DNA of 36,829 nucleotides, from contig CAYTTL010000003.1 in NCBI GenBank assembly GCA_964440725.1, positions 1 through 36,829 on the forward strand. The letters are read 5' to 3'. Shown here in pieces: positions 23,205 through 31,968 of this stretch. This stretch comes from an uncultured Acidimicrobiales bacterium. GTDB taxonomy: Bacteria; Actinomycetota; Acidimicrobiia; Acidimicrobiales; AC-14. Every line of letters begins with the position of its first letter. Position 1 is the stretch's first letter. The notes under the pieces are model-generated. The model was not told the origin of the DNA. It was given only the letters and a program-made list of their open reading frames with translations, and ran no database searches. Made by a program: the position numbers and the translations under genes.

Positions 23205-24218
23205 TCAGGTCCACGTGATCACGGCCCACCCGGCGCCGCCGACGCCACCAGCGCCAGAGCCCCCTACGTCGTTTCGCGCCGCACCCCCGCCGCCGCCACT
23301 GCCGCCGTAGATCCCGTTCCCGCCCCGGCCGGCGTTGCCCGTCACCGACGACGCACCGCCGCCGCCGCCGGTGCCGCCGAGGGGCCGCGTCGCCGGGTGC
23401 ACCGCATCGCCGCCGTTCCCGCCCGGGGCGATGCCGGCGACCGGCGCTGCCGTGCGGCGACGGTTCCCAGGCTGGAGCCCGGTGCCTCCGTTCGACGTGG
23501 CGTTGGCCGCGGTCAACCCACCGCCGGCACCGCCGGACGAACCCATGCCAGCCACGACCCCGGTCGTTCCGACCAGACCGCCGGCCGAACTCGCTCGACC
23601 GGCCCCTCCATTGATCTTGCCGACACCAGCGACACCGGCGGTCGCCGCCACGCCCGTCGCCTGGCCGCCGCCGCCGCCGGTGCCGCCGTCGGCGGCGACG
23701 AGCGAGTCAGCCGATCCCGACGACGGGCCGAACCATGAGTCCTCTGCACTCCCGCCGGTCCCGCCGGCCGAACTGTTGGCCTCGGCGGCCGTGCCAGCGG
23801 CTCCGCCACTCGCCACTCTCATGGCGAGTGATCCGAGGGCGACCAGGTCGGCCACGGTGCCGGCGGCCTCCGACCAGGCACCGGCACCGCCCGACGCTCC
23901 GCCGGTGGCGATGACTCCGCTCGGCCCCTTCCCGCCGCCGCCGCCGCCGCCGCCGCCGCCCATCATTTCCAGGTGCCAGAGCGTCGCGCCGACCGGGGGC
24001 GTGATTGCGTAGAGACCGGGGACGGTGTAGGTGTCGACCTGCACTAAGGCAGCAAGCCGCGCTGTGAGGTTGGCGAAGGCCCCCGAGGGGTCGGCGCCGA
24101 GCTCGTCGACGATGTCGTTGACAGCGGCGGCCACGGCGTTGTGGCGCTCGGCGTGCTCCGACGGCGTGGCGGTGGCGTCGGTGGCGTCGGTTTCCGGAGC
24201 GCCGGGCGGGTACGCCAC
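23205..24218 (-). CDS. Glycine-rich domain protein (fibre-like) located in the head module
   Basis: 337 aa. N-terminal HAERHNAVAAAVNDIVDELG fibre-type motif, then TYTVPG.Y...P.GATLWHLEMMGGGGGGGGGG and long irregular Gly-rich tracts ending GGAGWAVITWT. Confidence 0.85.
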   Translation of the reverse strand: MAYPPGAPETDATDATATPSEHAERHNAVAAAVNDIVDELGADPSGAFANLTARLAALVQVDTYTVPGLYAITPPVGATLWHLEMMGGGGGGGGGGKGPSGVIATGGASGGAGAWSEAAGTVADLVALGSLAMRVASGGAAGTAAEANSSAGGTGGSAEDSWFGPSSGSADSLVAADGGTGGGGGQATGVAATAGVAGVGKINGGAGRASSAGGLVGTTGVVAGMGSSGGAGGGLTAANATSNGGTGLQPGNRRRTAAPVAGIAPGGNGGDAVHPATRPLGGTGGGGGASSVTGNAGRGGNGIYGGSGGGGGAARNDVGGSGAGGVGGAGWAVITWT

Positions 24219-24231
24219 TGGGCCTTTTTAC

Positions 24232-24471
24232 CTACCGCCGAGGCGGGCGCGGCTTGGACGGCACCGCGCGCTCAGGCAGCCGCGATGCCTCGGTGGTCTC
24301 GGGAGCACCGGGGGCGCTCGCCGGTGCCGCGGTGGATGGCGTCGTGGCGCCCATCCGCCCCAGCTCGGCCTCGACGTCGGCGGCGCGCTCGGGCCGGCCC
24401 TGGGCCAGGTAGCCAGCCCGTTCCCGGCGTAGCGCCGTCACGTAGGCGCTCAGCTTGACGTCGGCGCTCAC
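24232..24471 (-). CDS. Hypothetical head-region protein, 79 aa
   Basis: GTG at 24471 in a GTGA overlap. Confidence 0.7.
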   Translation of the reverse strand: MSADVKLSAYVTALRRERAGYLAQGRPERAADVEAELGRMGATTPSTAAPASAPGAPETTEASRLPERAVPSKPRPPRR

Positions 24472-24833
24472 CGAGAGTCGGCGACCTTGCCGGGGCCCTC
24501 GAGGGCCTGCCGGTTGTCGTCGACCCGGAGCTGCGCCTCCGGCAAGTCGACGGTGTCGGGGGCGCGGTGGCCGGCCAGGGCGCGCTCCCGGGCGTTCGAC
24601 TCGCGGTCGCGGTCGATGCGCTCACCCTCGATGTTGGCCTGGGCCTTGGCGATGCCGGGCGTCGCCGTGTGGATGACGCTGGGCACACGCCCGTCACCGT
24701 CGCCGCCGGCAGCGGTTGCGCCGGCCGACACAGGCGGGGCCACGCCGGCGACAGCCGGGTGGTTGACGTCGGTGTCGATGCCCTTGTCGGCCGGCGTGGT
24801 GTCCGCCGCTGTCTCCTGGTTTGCTCTGGCCAC
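24468..24833 (-). CDS. Hypothetical head-region protein, 121 aa
   Basis: GTG start with AAAGGAGG 6 nt upstream. Lies downstream of the capsid gene. Confidence 0.75.
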   Translation of the reverse strand: MARANQETAADTTPADKGIDTDVNHPAVAGVAPPVSAGATAAGGDGDGRVPSVIHTATPGIAKAQANIEGERIDRDRESNARERALAGHRAPDTVDLPEAQLRVDDNRQALEGPGKVADSR

Positions 24834-24889
24834 GATGGGCCTCCTTTCCGCTGAGCCCTCGGCTCAGAAGAGGTCGGGATCCGGTCGGA

Positions 24890-26470
24890 TCAGAAGGTGG
24901 GCGTGATGAGGCCGGTGCCGGAGATGACCGACGTGGCGCCCGGGTAGCGGGCGGCGGTGAAGGCCACGTAGCCGTAGACCTGGAGCCGCACGGTGAGGGT
25001 CCCGGAGAGGACCTCGGGGAGCGCCCGGGTCCGCAGGGCGCCCTCGAAGAGCACGTGGTCGGTGCTCAACGTGGCGACCACGCGGTCTTCGTTGGTGCCG
25101 GCGCCGAGGTTGATCGGCATGTTGGGGTCGAGGACGAACGGCGTCCCCTGGAGGGTGCCGGCCGGACCCTCGAAGACCTGGTCACGCACCTCGGCCAGAG
25201 AGTTGAACGGCCCCTGGGCGGAGGGCACGACGAGCGGCCGGTTCTGGCCGTCGAGGGCAGCGGTCATCCAGAACCACCGGCGGGGAGCGCCCACCAGGAC
25301 GTTCGGCACCCGCTTGCGGGCGGTCGAGGCCTGGGAGAGGGCGTCGGCGACCTTGGGGTACAGCTCCGGTACCGTCGGCGTGGCGTCGGTGTAGGTGATG
25401 GCGTTGATGCCGGCGACACCGAGCAGGCCCTGGATCTGGCCGGCGGCGCCGGTGCCGGACAGGAGCTGGGCGTCGAGCTTGGCGTTGTAGTCGGCTCGGA
25501 GGTCGGCGAACACGAGCTCGTCGAAGACGATCGGCGACTGCTCGAGCAGCTGCAGGGCGACATCCTGCTGGCCGGCCAGGGTGCGGACGGGGCAGGCCAC
25601 CGAGTTGGTGATCATGTCGGTCTCGGCCACGGCAGCGTTGTCGGCCGTCTGCGACTCGACAGCGGCCCCGCCGGTGATGCGGGGGATGTTGATGGAGTCC
25701 GTGCCGGTGGGCAGGGGAATGTTGCGCACCAGCTCGGCGAACGGCCGGCCGGCGCGGGCCAGGGTGGCCATCTCGTCGAAGAGCCACAGCGGGGGAACGA
25801 ACTCGCCGCCGGCGCCGTCGACCCGGGAGATGTCCCGGCGCTCCACCGCTGCCCGGCGGTCGCCCTCGCTCAGCGACTCCAGGGCCCGGGAGAACTCAGC
25901 CTCCATGCGGGCCTCTCGGCGGGGGATCTCCTCGGCCATCTCCGAGCGGTGACGGGCCAGGCGCTCGCGCGCCTCCTGGTCGCCACCCACGTAGGCCAGG
26001 CCGAGGTCACGGAAGTAGCTGGCCTGGCGGTTCTCCCGCTGGTAGGTCAGCGGCTCGGACCGCACACGGACGCCGCCCGGGCCGTTGCTGCGCCCCTCGA
26101 GCTCGCCGGCCAGGCGGGCGGCCGTCGCCTCGCGCGTCTCGGACTCGAGCAGCTCGGCGATCCGGGCGTCGAGGGCGTTGATCTCGTCGGTGAGACGGCG
26201 GTACTCGGTCTCCTCGTCTTCGGTGAGGTTGGTCCGCTGCTCGGTCTCGACTCGATCGAGAAGAGCCTGACGGGCCTCGTGCGCCGTGGCGCGGGTGGCG
26301 CGGGCGCGGGTGACGAAGGGATGGACGTCGGGGACGTCGTCACCGCCGGGGCCGTCACGGCCGAGCATGGCCATGGCGAGCACGACAGGAACGGCGCAGG
26401 TGAACAGGGTGGCCGAGACTCGCTCGGCCAGGCGCTGCCCGAAGGAGCGCAGTCGGGTGGTGGGATTCAT
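24890..26470 (-). CDS. Major capsid protein, HK97 fold, with an N-terminal scaffolding-like (delta) coiled-coil region
   Basis: 526-aa ORF with AAGGAGA 7-8 nt upstream of the ATG at 26470. Charged helical N-terminal ~200 aa followed by a capsid-type C-terminal body. Lies after the prohead protease. Confidence 0.93.
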   Translation of the reverse strand: MNPTTRLRSFGQRLAERVSATLFTCAVPVVLAMAMLGRDGPGGDDVPDVHPFVTRARATRATAHEARQALLDRVETEQRTNLTEDEETEYRRLTDEINALDARIAELLESETREATAARLAGELEGRSNGPGGVRVRSEPLTYQRENRQASYFRDLGLAYVGGDQEARERLARHRSEMAEEIPRREARMEAEFSRALESLSEGDRRAAVERRDISRVDGAGGEFVPPLWLFDEMATLARAGRPFAELVRNIPLPTGTDSINIPRITGGAAVESQTADNAAVAETDMITNSVACPVRTLAGQQDVALQLLEQSPIVFDELVFADLRADYNAKLDAQLLSGTGAAGQIQGLLGVAGINAITYTDATPTVPELYPKVADALSQASTARKRVPNVLVGAPRRWFWMTAALDGQNRPLVVPSAQGPFNSLAEVRDQVFEGPAGTLQGTPFVLDPNMPINLGAGTNEDRVVATLSTDHVLFEGALRTRALPEVLSGTLTVRLQVYGYVAFTAARYPGATSVISGTGLITPTF

Positions 26471-26568
26471 CGGGTTGGTCTCCTTGTGAGGATCGGGGGT
26501 TTCAGGGACCAGCTCCGACGTTCAGGTGGTGGCTCCGGGTGGTGGCCCTCTCGGGCTCCGGCGCGGTG

Positions 26569-26591
26569 CTCCGGCGTGAACGGGGCCGGAG
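26569..26591 (-). promoter_or_regulatory. 7-bp stem hairpin just downstream of the 58-aa ORF, upstream of the capsid gene
   Basis: CTCCGGC (26569..26575), 9-nt loop, GCCGGAG (26585..26591). Confidence 0.3.
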
Positions 26592-26595
26592 TAGA

Positions 26596-26772
26596 TCAGG
26601 TGCGCAACTCCGCCAGGATGGCGAGCAGGTAGGGAGCGGCGGCCTCGCCATAGGTCTCAGGCGAGTCGGCCAGGCGCTGGGATTCAGAAGCGAAACGACG
26701 ATCGGGCTCCTCGCGCCAGCGCCGTTCCCACTCGGTGAAGGCGGCAGCGAGCTCCTGCGGTGTGGCTTCCAC
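26596..26772 (-). CDS. Hypothetical small protein, 58 aa, between the protease and capsid genes
   Basis: GTG at 26772 with AGGAG overlapping the protease stop ~9 nt upstream. Sequence VEATPQELAAAFTEWERRWREEPDRRFASESQRLADSPETYGEAAAPYLLAILAELRT. Below the track cutoff. Confidence 0.65.
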   Translation of the reverse strand: MEATPQELAAAFTEWERRWREEPDRRFASESQRLADSPETYGEAAAPYLLAILAELRT

Positions 26773-26784
26773 TGAGGACGGCTC

Positions 26785-27618
26785 CTATGCGGCGGATGCG
26801 GGCTCCAGCGCGGCGCGGGCCTCGGCGAGGCTCATGCCGGTCGGGGCGAGGGCGGACGGGATGACCGGGGGGCCGTCGGCGCGGGCCGTGCTGAGCACGG
26901 CGGCGACGACCTCACGCACGCTGGCGAGAGTCCCGCCGTCGTCGACGCCGAGCGATCGGACCTCGGCGAGCACGGATGCGGGCTCCCGATCGGCGAAGCC
27001 GCCGTCGAGGACCGCCCGGAAGAGGTGCTCGAGGTCCGCGCTCGAGCGGTTGCGCAGGGTGCCGGAGGTCGCCGGGTTGGCGCCGTAGTTGACGACGGAC
27101 ACGTCGCCACGGTGGAGGCTGAGCTCGAGCAGGCGCCGCTTGGTGTACTCCTCGTCCCACTCCTGGCGCAGGACCCGGAAGGCGAAGCTCATCTCGTCGA
27201 TATCCCGGCGATCCATGGCCAGGGCCAACTCCTGCACCCTCGCCGATCGGCCGTCGAAGGTGGCGTTCGTGTCGAGGCCGGTGTTGTCGGCCGCCAGGCG
27301 GAGGGTCCCGGACTTCGTCCGAGCGAGAGGAAGGTCGCGGTGGTTGATGAGGAACTGCACGTCGGGCTTCTCGCGCAGCGTCTTGTCGGTGGCGCCAGGG
27401 TCGACCGACTCGTCCCAGCCCCACGGCGGCCCGCCATACATCTCGTACTCGACGTCGAAGACGCAGGCGTAGCCGGTGAAGGTGAGGGTCCCGTTGCCCT
27501 CGTCGTCGCCGGCGGCCCGCTCGATGCGGAACTCGCTGCTCGGGCGGTAGCGCTCGGTGCGCTGGCGCATCTCGATGGCGGCGGCGACGACGTCGCGCAC
27601 CTGGTCCTTGAGGATCAT
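26785..27618 (-). CDS. HK97-family prohead protease
   Basis: ATG at 27618 in an ATGA overlap with the portal stop. Motifs TFTGYACVFD and FLINHRD. 277 aa. Confidence 0.9.
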   Translation of the reverse strand: MILKDQVRDVVAAAIEMRQRTERYRPSSEFRIERAAGDDEGNGTLTFTGYACVFDVEYEMYGGPPWGWDESVDPGATDKTLREKPDVQFLINHRDLPLARTKSGTLRLAADNTGLDTNATFDGRSARVQELALAMDRRDIDEMSFAFRVLRQEWDEEYTKRRLLELSLHRGDVSVVNYGANPATSGTLRNRSSADLEHLFRAVLDGGFADREPASVLAEVRSLGVDDGGTLASVREVVAAVLSTARADGPPVIPSALAPTGMSLAEARAALEPASAA

Positions 27619-28847
27619 TCGTCGCCTCCTGGGGCGTTCTTCGGGTCCGCCTCGTCGAGCAGCACCTTGAGGGCCGCCTCGGCGTCGATCATGTTGAGGG
27701 GCTGCAGGTACACGTCGCCGCCGTCGACGGGCGGGAGGTCCTCGAGCTCCCGGATGTCGTTCACACTCACCCAGCCCCACTGCCGGGCGATGGCGTAGGC
27801 GAGGTAGCGGTCCTTCACGTTGCCCCGCAGCAGGGCGGCCGGGTTGAACTTGAGGTACTGCGGCCGGGGCAACTGCGGGGTGAAGGCGTCTTCGAAGCGC
27901 ACCAGGTCGGGGCCGATGGAGTAGACGGCGTAGCCGATGCCCTGCTCCTCGAGGCCCTTGCCCCACGAGGTCGTCTTCACCAGCTCTCCGATCATGTGCG
28001 GCGGGGTGCGGAACAGCCGGGCGATCTGGCTCGTGTTGAAGTGCTTGGTCTCGAGGAACTGCGAGTCGTTGGGGGTGATCGTGATGGGCCGCCACTTCAG
28101 ACCACCGGACAGCACGGCCGGGCGGCGCCGGCCGCCGTGGGTGTGTACCCAGTTGGCCACGGTCTTCTTGGCGTCGACGTCGTCGAGCTCCTGGTCCGTC
28201 TCCAGCACCGAGCTCGGGGCGGCGCTGTCGGCGAACCAGCGGGCCCCGAAGTTCTCGGCGGCCATCGTGGCCCCGAGGCCCCGGCGGGCGCACTCGATGG
28301 GGTTGAGCCCCTCGAGCTGACCGGGGATGGTCGGCCCCTTCACGTGGATCATGTCGGCCTTGGGGAGGACATCGCCGTTGACCAGCTGATACTCGATCCG
28401 CCCGGACCTCGGATTGCGTCGGGGGCGGGCGTCGTCGGGGTGGAGTAGCTTCGTCGCCGTGGGCCAGCCGGCGGCGTCGCGGCTGGTGATGACGGCGTAG
28501 GCGTTGCCCCGCAGCTGGAGCGAGATCTCCATGCCGGACCAGAACTCGCCGGCCGTCATCTCCGGGTCGGGCTGAGCGATCAGCGGCGGCTGGGGGTTCA
28601 GCTTGTCCCGAACGCCGCCCTTCTCACGGAACGCCCTCGCCGGCAGCATGAGGATGGAGTCGGCCCGGAGGCTGACGCAGGCGTAGACGTCGAGGATCTG
28701 CAGCGAGGTGCGCTCGGTGACGATCGGGCCCGCCGTCGACATCCCCTCGAGGCCGGGCGGGGGGATCCTGCCGCCGGCGTAGGGACCCCAGGGGTTGGAG
28801 AGGTCCCGTCGCTCATGGCCTCCGACCAGGTGCCGGAGGACGCTCAT
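27615..28847 (-). CDS. Portal protein (HK97-type Phage_portal family)
   Basis: 410-aa ORF downstream of TerL. ATGA overlap with the upstream small gene. Typical portal-like central region. Confidence 0.93.
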   Translation of the reverse strand: MSVLRHLVGGHERRDLSNPWGPYAGGRIPPPGLEGMSTAGPIVTERTSLQILDVYACVSLRADSILMLPARAFREKGGVRDKLNPQPPLIAQPDPEMTAGEFWSGMEISLQLRGNAYAVITSRDAAGWPTATKLLHPDDARPRRNPRSGRIEYQLVNGDVLPKADMIHVKGPTIPGQLEGLNPIECARRGLGATMAAENFGARWFADSAAPSSVLETDQELDDVDAKKTVANWVHTHGGRRRPAVLSGGLKWRPITITPNDSQFLETKHFNTSQIARLFRTPPHMIGELVKTTSWGKGLEEQGIGYAVYSIGPDLVRFEDAFTPQLPRPQYLKFNPAALLRGNVKDRYLAYAIARQWGWVSVNDIRELEDLPPVDGGDVYLQPLNMIDAEAALKVLLDEADPKNAPGGDE

Positions 28848-29041
28848 GCACTATCCGGGTCTGGAGCAGGGGGCTCCGCCGGCGCCCGGTCTAGGGCGAG
28901 GCTGAGGATCACGAGCTCGGCGCCGGCCACGACGACGCCGAGCCAGACCTCCAGGAGGCCCCAACCGAAGGCGAAGACGACCATGCCGACGATCTCACCG
29001 ACTGTGGAGCGGATCTCTCGCCGCCTGACCGGCGGCGTCAT
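28844..29041 (-). CDS. Small membrane protein between TerL and portal; start uncertain (ATG at 29041 or 28984)
   Basis: Hydrophobic core MVVFAFGWGLLEVWLGVVVAGAELVILSLAL. Its stop is coupled to the portal ATG. Confidence 0.5.
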   Translation of the reverse strand: MTPPVRRREIRSTVGEIVGMVVFAFGWGLLEVWLGVVVAGAELVILSLALDRAPAEPPAPDPDSA

Positions 29042-30674
29042 CGCCCTCTTCTGCTTCCAGCTCGCGGAGGATCTCATTGAACTCCTCGTCATCGTCCGCC
29101 CAGGTGTGCACGGCGGGTGTGGGCGGTGAGTCCTCCGGCTTCGCTGACGCCCAGGCGGCCAGCGTCACGGCCGACAGCGGCGAGATGTCCACCCCGGAGC
29201 GTCGATCGAAGACCCAGGAGTCGCCGGCGGTGCGCTTGGTTGCCCCGCTCACGGCCTTGTTGAGCTCGGGCTGGCCGATGTGGCGCCACCGGTGTTCGGT
29301 GATGTCGTCGTAGGCCGCCCCGCACGCCTGGGCGAAGTCGCCCGCGGTGATGGCCCGGTGCTTCGGCTTTCCCTTGGGAGTCGTCCCGTTCGGCAGGCCG
29401 ATCGTCAGGCCGGCCGTCTCGCAGGCAGGCAGGAGAGCGCCGGCCGGCCCTGACGGCAGGCAGACGATGGCGGCGGGGTCGTGCCTGTCCCTGAGCTCGA
29501 CCAGGCGGGGGACCACCCAGGCCGTGCCGGGACGGTTCTCGAGGATCTCTACATGGGTTCCGTCGAGGGTCGACGGAGCGGCGGCGGCGATCTGCGCCCA
29601 GCGGCGATCGGCACTGACCTCGAAGGCGAGGGTGACGGGGTCGAGGAGCCCCGACGACGGTGACTCACACTTCCGCCAGTCGGCTTCGTCGATGGCCAGG
29701 TCGAGGACCTCGACCTCCTCCGGGTAGATCCCGAGACGCTCCCGGGCGTACTCGTCGTCGGTCATGGCCGTGCGCTCGGTGGCGGCGAAGTCCTCCGCGA
29801 GGCGGTAGCCCAGCCCGGGGTTCGCCTCCGCCAGGGCCTGGCGGTGCGCCTCCTCGTCGGCGAGCAGCTCGGCCAGGGCTGCTTCCCACTTGCCGCGGTC
29901 GGTGGGGTCGGCTTTGAGCTCGGCGCACCACTCGAAGTAGGCCAGGCGCAGGGCCCGCTTCTGCTTCCGGGCGCCGGCCCGGCCCCGCTTGCAGAGCCGA
30001 CGGAGGATCTCGGACTCGAGTCGTGGGAGCGGAGCGCTCGACAGGTACCAGAGCTGGGGGTTCGGCCGGGCCGACATGGTCGGCAGGAGTGAGCCGAGCT
30101 CGAGGAGCCAGAAGGCCTCGTCGAGGTAGACCACGTCGCCGGAGAACCCTCGGCCCGAGCCCTTCGACCGGGCCTTGAAGTTGAGCCGCTGCGTGGGCCC
30201 GCTGAAGCGCTGACCACGGGAGCGGTTGTAGAGCTCGATCGACTCCTGGCCGTGGGAGTTGCTGATGTGCTTGACCCGCTTCCGCAGGTCGTCGTAGCCG
30301 TCGATGATCTCCCGGATCCGCCGGAAGCCCTCGAGGCAGGTGTCGAAACGGTGAGCGGTATGGGTCTGGAGCGGCTCGCCGAACAGATACAGGCCGCCGA
30401 GCTCCCGGGCGGTGATGATGCCGCCCTTGCCGTTCTGGCGGGGCTCGACGACAGCAGCTTCGAACGCCGCCCACTTCCACTGGCCCGGGCGCTTCGGATC
30501 AGGGTTTTCGCCGAGCGCTCCGTTGAGGACCAGCTGCTGGTGTGGCTCGAGATCCAGCCCGTGGCTTGCGCACAGGTCGATCACCTCGGCCCCCGCCGAC
30601 GACCTTGCGCGGGGCACGAGCTGGTACCGCGGCGTCTGCTTGCCGCGCAGCACGCTTCTTCTGGGCCTCGTCAA
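28995..30674 (-). CDS. terL: Terminase large subunit
   Basis: 559-aa ORF. N-terminal TPRYQLVP...LDLEPHQQ and ATPase/nuclease-type body. The start could be TTG at 30674 or GTG at 30653. Confidence 0.92.
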   Translation of the reverse strand: MTRPRRSVLRGKQTPRYQLVPRARSSAGAEVIDLCASHGLDLEPHQQLVLNGALGENPDPKRPGQWKWAAFEAAVVEPRQNGKGGIITARELGGLYLFGEPLQTHTAHRFDTCLEGFRRIREIIDGYDDLRKRVKHISNSHGQESIELYNRSRGQRFSGPTQRLNFKARSKGSGRGFSGDVVYLDEAFWLLELGSLLPTMSARPNPQLWYLSSAPLPRLESEILRRLCKRGRAGARKQKRALRLAYFEWCAELKADPTDRGKWEAALAELLADEEAHRQALAEANPGLGYRLAEDFAATERTAMTDDEYARERLGIYPEEVEVLDLAIDEADWRKCESPSSGLLDPVTLAFEVSADRRWAQIAAAAPSTLDGTHVEILENRPGTAWVVPRLVELRDRHDPAAIVCLPSGPAGALLPACETAGLTIGLPNGTTPKGKPKHRAITAGDFAQACGAAYDDITEHRWRHIGQPELNKAVSGATKRTAGDSWVFDRRSGVDISPLSAVTLAAWASAKPEDSPPTPAVHTWADDDEEFNEILRELEAEEGDDAAGQAARDPLHSR

Positions 30675-30939
30675 CGGGGCTCTCAGCTTCCGGGTCGGGC
30701 AGGGCGGCCAGGGCGGCCACCGTGTCCCGCAGCTGCTTCGACAAGGGGGCGACCTGGCCGAGAGCGAAGGCGGCAGCCTTCTCCCCGGCCGTGTCGTCGG
30801 GGAACCTGGAGACGTCGCCCTTCGCCATCTCGATCGCGTGGGCCAGCTCTGCCCGCAGCGCCTCGAGGGCCCGTCGCTGGTCGCCCGATGCAGCGGCGCT
30901 GGACAGGCTCTCCGGGGACTCTGGCGCCTTCCTCGTCAC
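30499..30939 (-). CDS. terS: Terminase small subunit (putative); the 3' ~175 nt overlap terL out of frame
   Basis: GTG at 30939. Helical RRALEALRAELAHAIE... region typical of actinophage TerS. GC3 in the overlapped part favours the terL frame. Confidence 0.6.
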   Translation of the reverse strand: MTRKAPESPESLSSAAASGDQRRALEALRAELAHAIEMAKGDVSRFPDDTAGEKAAAFALGQVAPLSKQLRDTVAALAALPDPEAESPVDEAQKKRAARQADAAVPARAPRKVVGGGRGDRPVRKPRAGSRATPAAGPQRSARRKP

Positions 30940-30966
30940 GATCCGAGCGCCCTCCGGGGAGTCCGT

Positions 30967-31001
30967 GGGGAGAGATTTCCGGGACGTTCCGGGGTCTCCC
31001 C
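30967..31001. promoter_or_regulatory. Inverted repeat with internal direct repeats in the HNH-terS gap (candidate packaging or regulatory site)
   Basis: GGGGAGA (30967..30973) pairs with TCTCCCC (30995..31001). TTCCGGG occurs at 30977 and 30987. Confidence 0.3.
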
Positions 31002-31050
31002 GTCGTCAGCGGCGCTGAACTTTCGACCCTCCCTACCCCTGACCATTGGC

Positions 31051-31335
31051 TCACCACTCTCGACTCCGTCGAGGTCGACGCTCGCTGGTCCGGTTACCTC
31101 GGCTGCTGTTGCACGACCGGTGAGCATGGCGGCAGTTCTCCCGGGTCAGCGCCGCCGTCCTTCGGTCTGCCGCCTTGGATCGAGGCACGACCTCATCGAC
31201 CGTGCTCGACATCGGATGCCAGTGGTGTAAAGACAGGTCGATACGCCGACCACACCACCAGCAGTTCGGCTCCTCGATCCTGACCTGAGCCACGATCCGC
31301 CGACGTGGCCGACCACTCAGCTCCGGTGAGCCCAC
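31051..31335 (-). CDS. Terminase-associated HNH-family endonuclease-like protein
   Basis: 94 aa. Sequence CWWCGRRI...STVDEVVP...NCRHAHRSCNSSRG. Position immediately upstream of terS. Confidence 0.8.
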   Translation of the reverse strand: MGSPELSGRPRRRIVAQVRIEEPNCWWCGRRIDLSLHHWHPMSSTVDEVVPRSKAADRRTAALTRENCRHAHRSCNSSRGNRTSERRPRRSREW

Positions 31336-31353
31336 GCTCCGACAGCTGTGCGT

Positions 31354-31674
31354 TCAGCTCACAGACCGAAGAAGCTCGGCTTCGGCTGGAGAGGCGACGT
31401 ACACCGACACGGTGACGACATCGCCGGCGACGCCCTCGGGTGCAGTGTGATCACGGTTGGCATGGCCACCGAGCGACGCCTTCAGCACGCCGGCGCCGAG
31501 GACGCCCGAGTCCGCCAGGTCGCCGACCACTTTCACCGCCGCCTCGAGCTGCGCTCGGGTCTCCGCACTGGTCCCCTCACGAGCGAGGTACTCCCGAAGG
31601 AGGGAGTCCGCAGCTGCAGCCATGCGATGCGCCGGCGTGGCTGGTACAGACAGGCACCAGCTCATGGGGCTCAA
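31354..31674 (-). CDS. Hypothetical protein (start may be ATG at 31623)
   Basis: Track ORF with a TTG start. No recognisable motif. Confidence 0.6.
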   Translation of the reverse strand: MSPMSWCLSVPATPAHRMAAAADSLLREYLAREGTSAETRAQLEAAVKVVGDLADSGVLGAGVLKASLGGHANRDHTAPEGVAGDVVTVSVYVASPAEAELLRSVS

Positions 31675-31704
31675 GTCTTGGCGGTCGAGGCCCGCTTGTC
31701 GGTG

Positions 31705-31968
31705 TTATCCCCCAACGACCGACAGCGTCTCCCGCTCCCGAGTCTCCTCGCACGCCGCCGCCTTGGCGCCCAGGGCGGCCCGGGCCATCGAGGTCGACAG
31801 CGCCCGATAGGTGGACACGGCGTATCCCACGCCCTTGAAGCTTGGCTTGCCCGAGCGTCGGAAGTACTCCTTGAGCACCTCGGCCGCTGTGTCCCGTTGG
31901 GTCTCGAGGGGGACCAGCTTGCGCTTGGCCTCGAGCCACGACTTGGCCGCTTCGGTCACCGTCATCAC
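31705..31968 (-). CDS. Hypothetical protein, 87 aa
   Basis: GTG/ATG start overlapping the recombinase stop (GTGATGA). Confidence 0.7.
   Translation of the reverse strand: MMTVTEAAKSWLEAKRKLVPLETQRDTAAEVLKEYFRRSGKPSFKGVGYAVSTYRALSTSMARAALGAKAAACEETRERETLSVVGG

Noticed and set aside
23205-24218. Glycine-rich protein as collagen-like or PE_PGRS-type
   Set aside because: There is no G-X-Y triplet periodicity and no PE N-terminal domain. The pattern fits phage glycine-rich fibre proteins better.
26785-28293. 502-aa track ORF as a single protein
   Set aside because: Its first ~225 aa are an out-of-frame overlap with the portal gene. Only the part from ATG 27618 (ATGA-coupled) has prohead-protease features.
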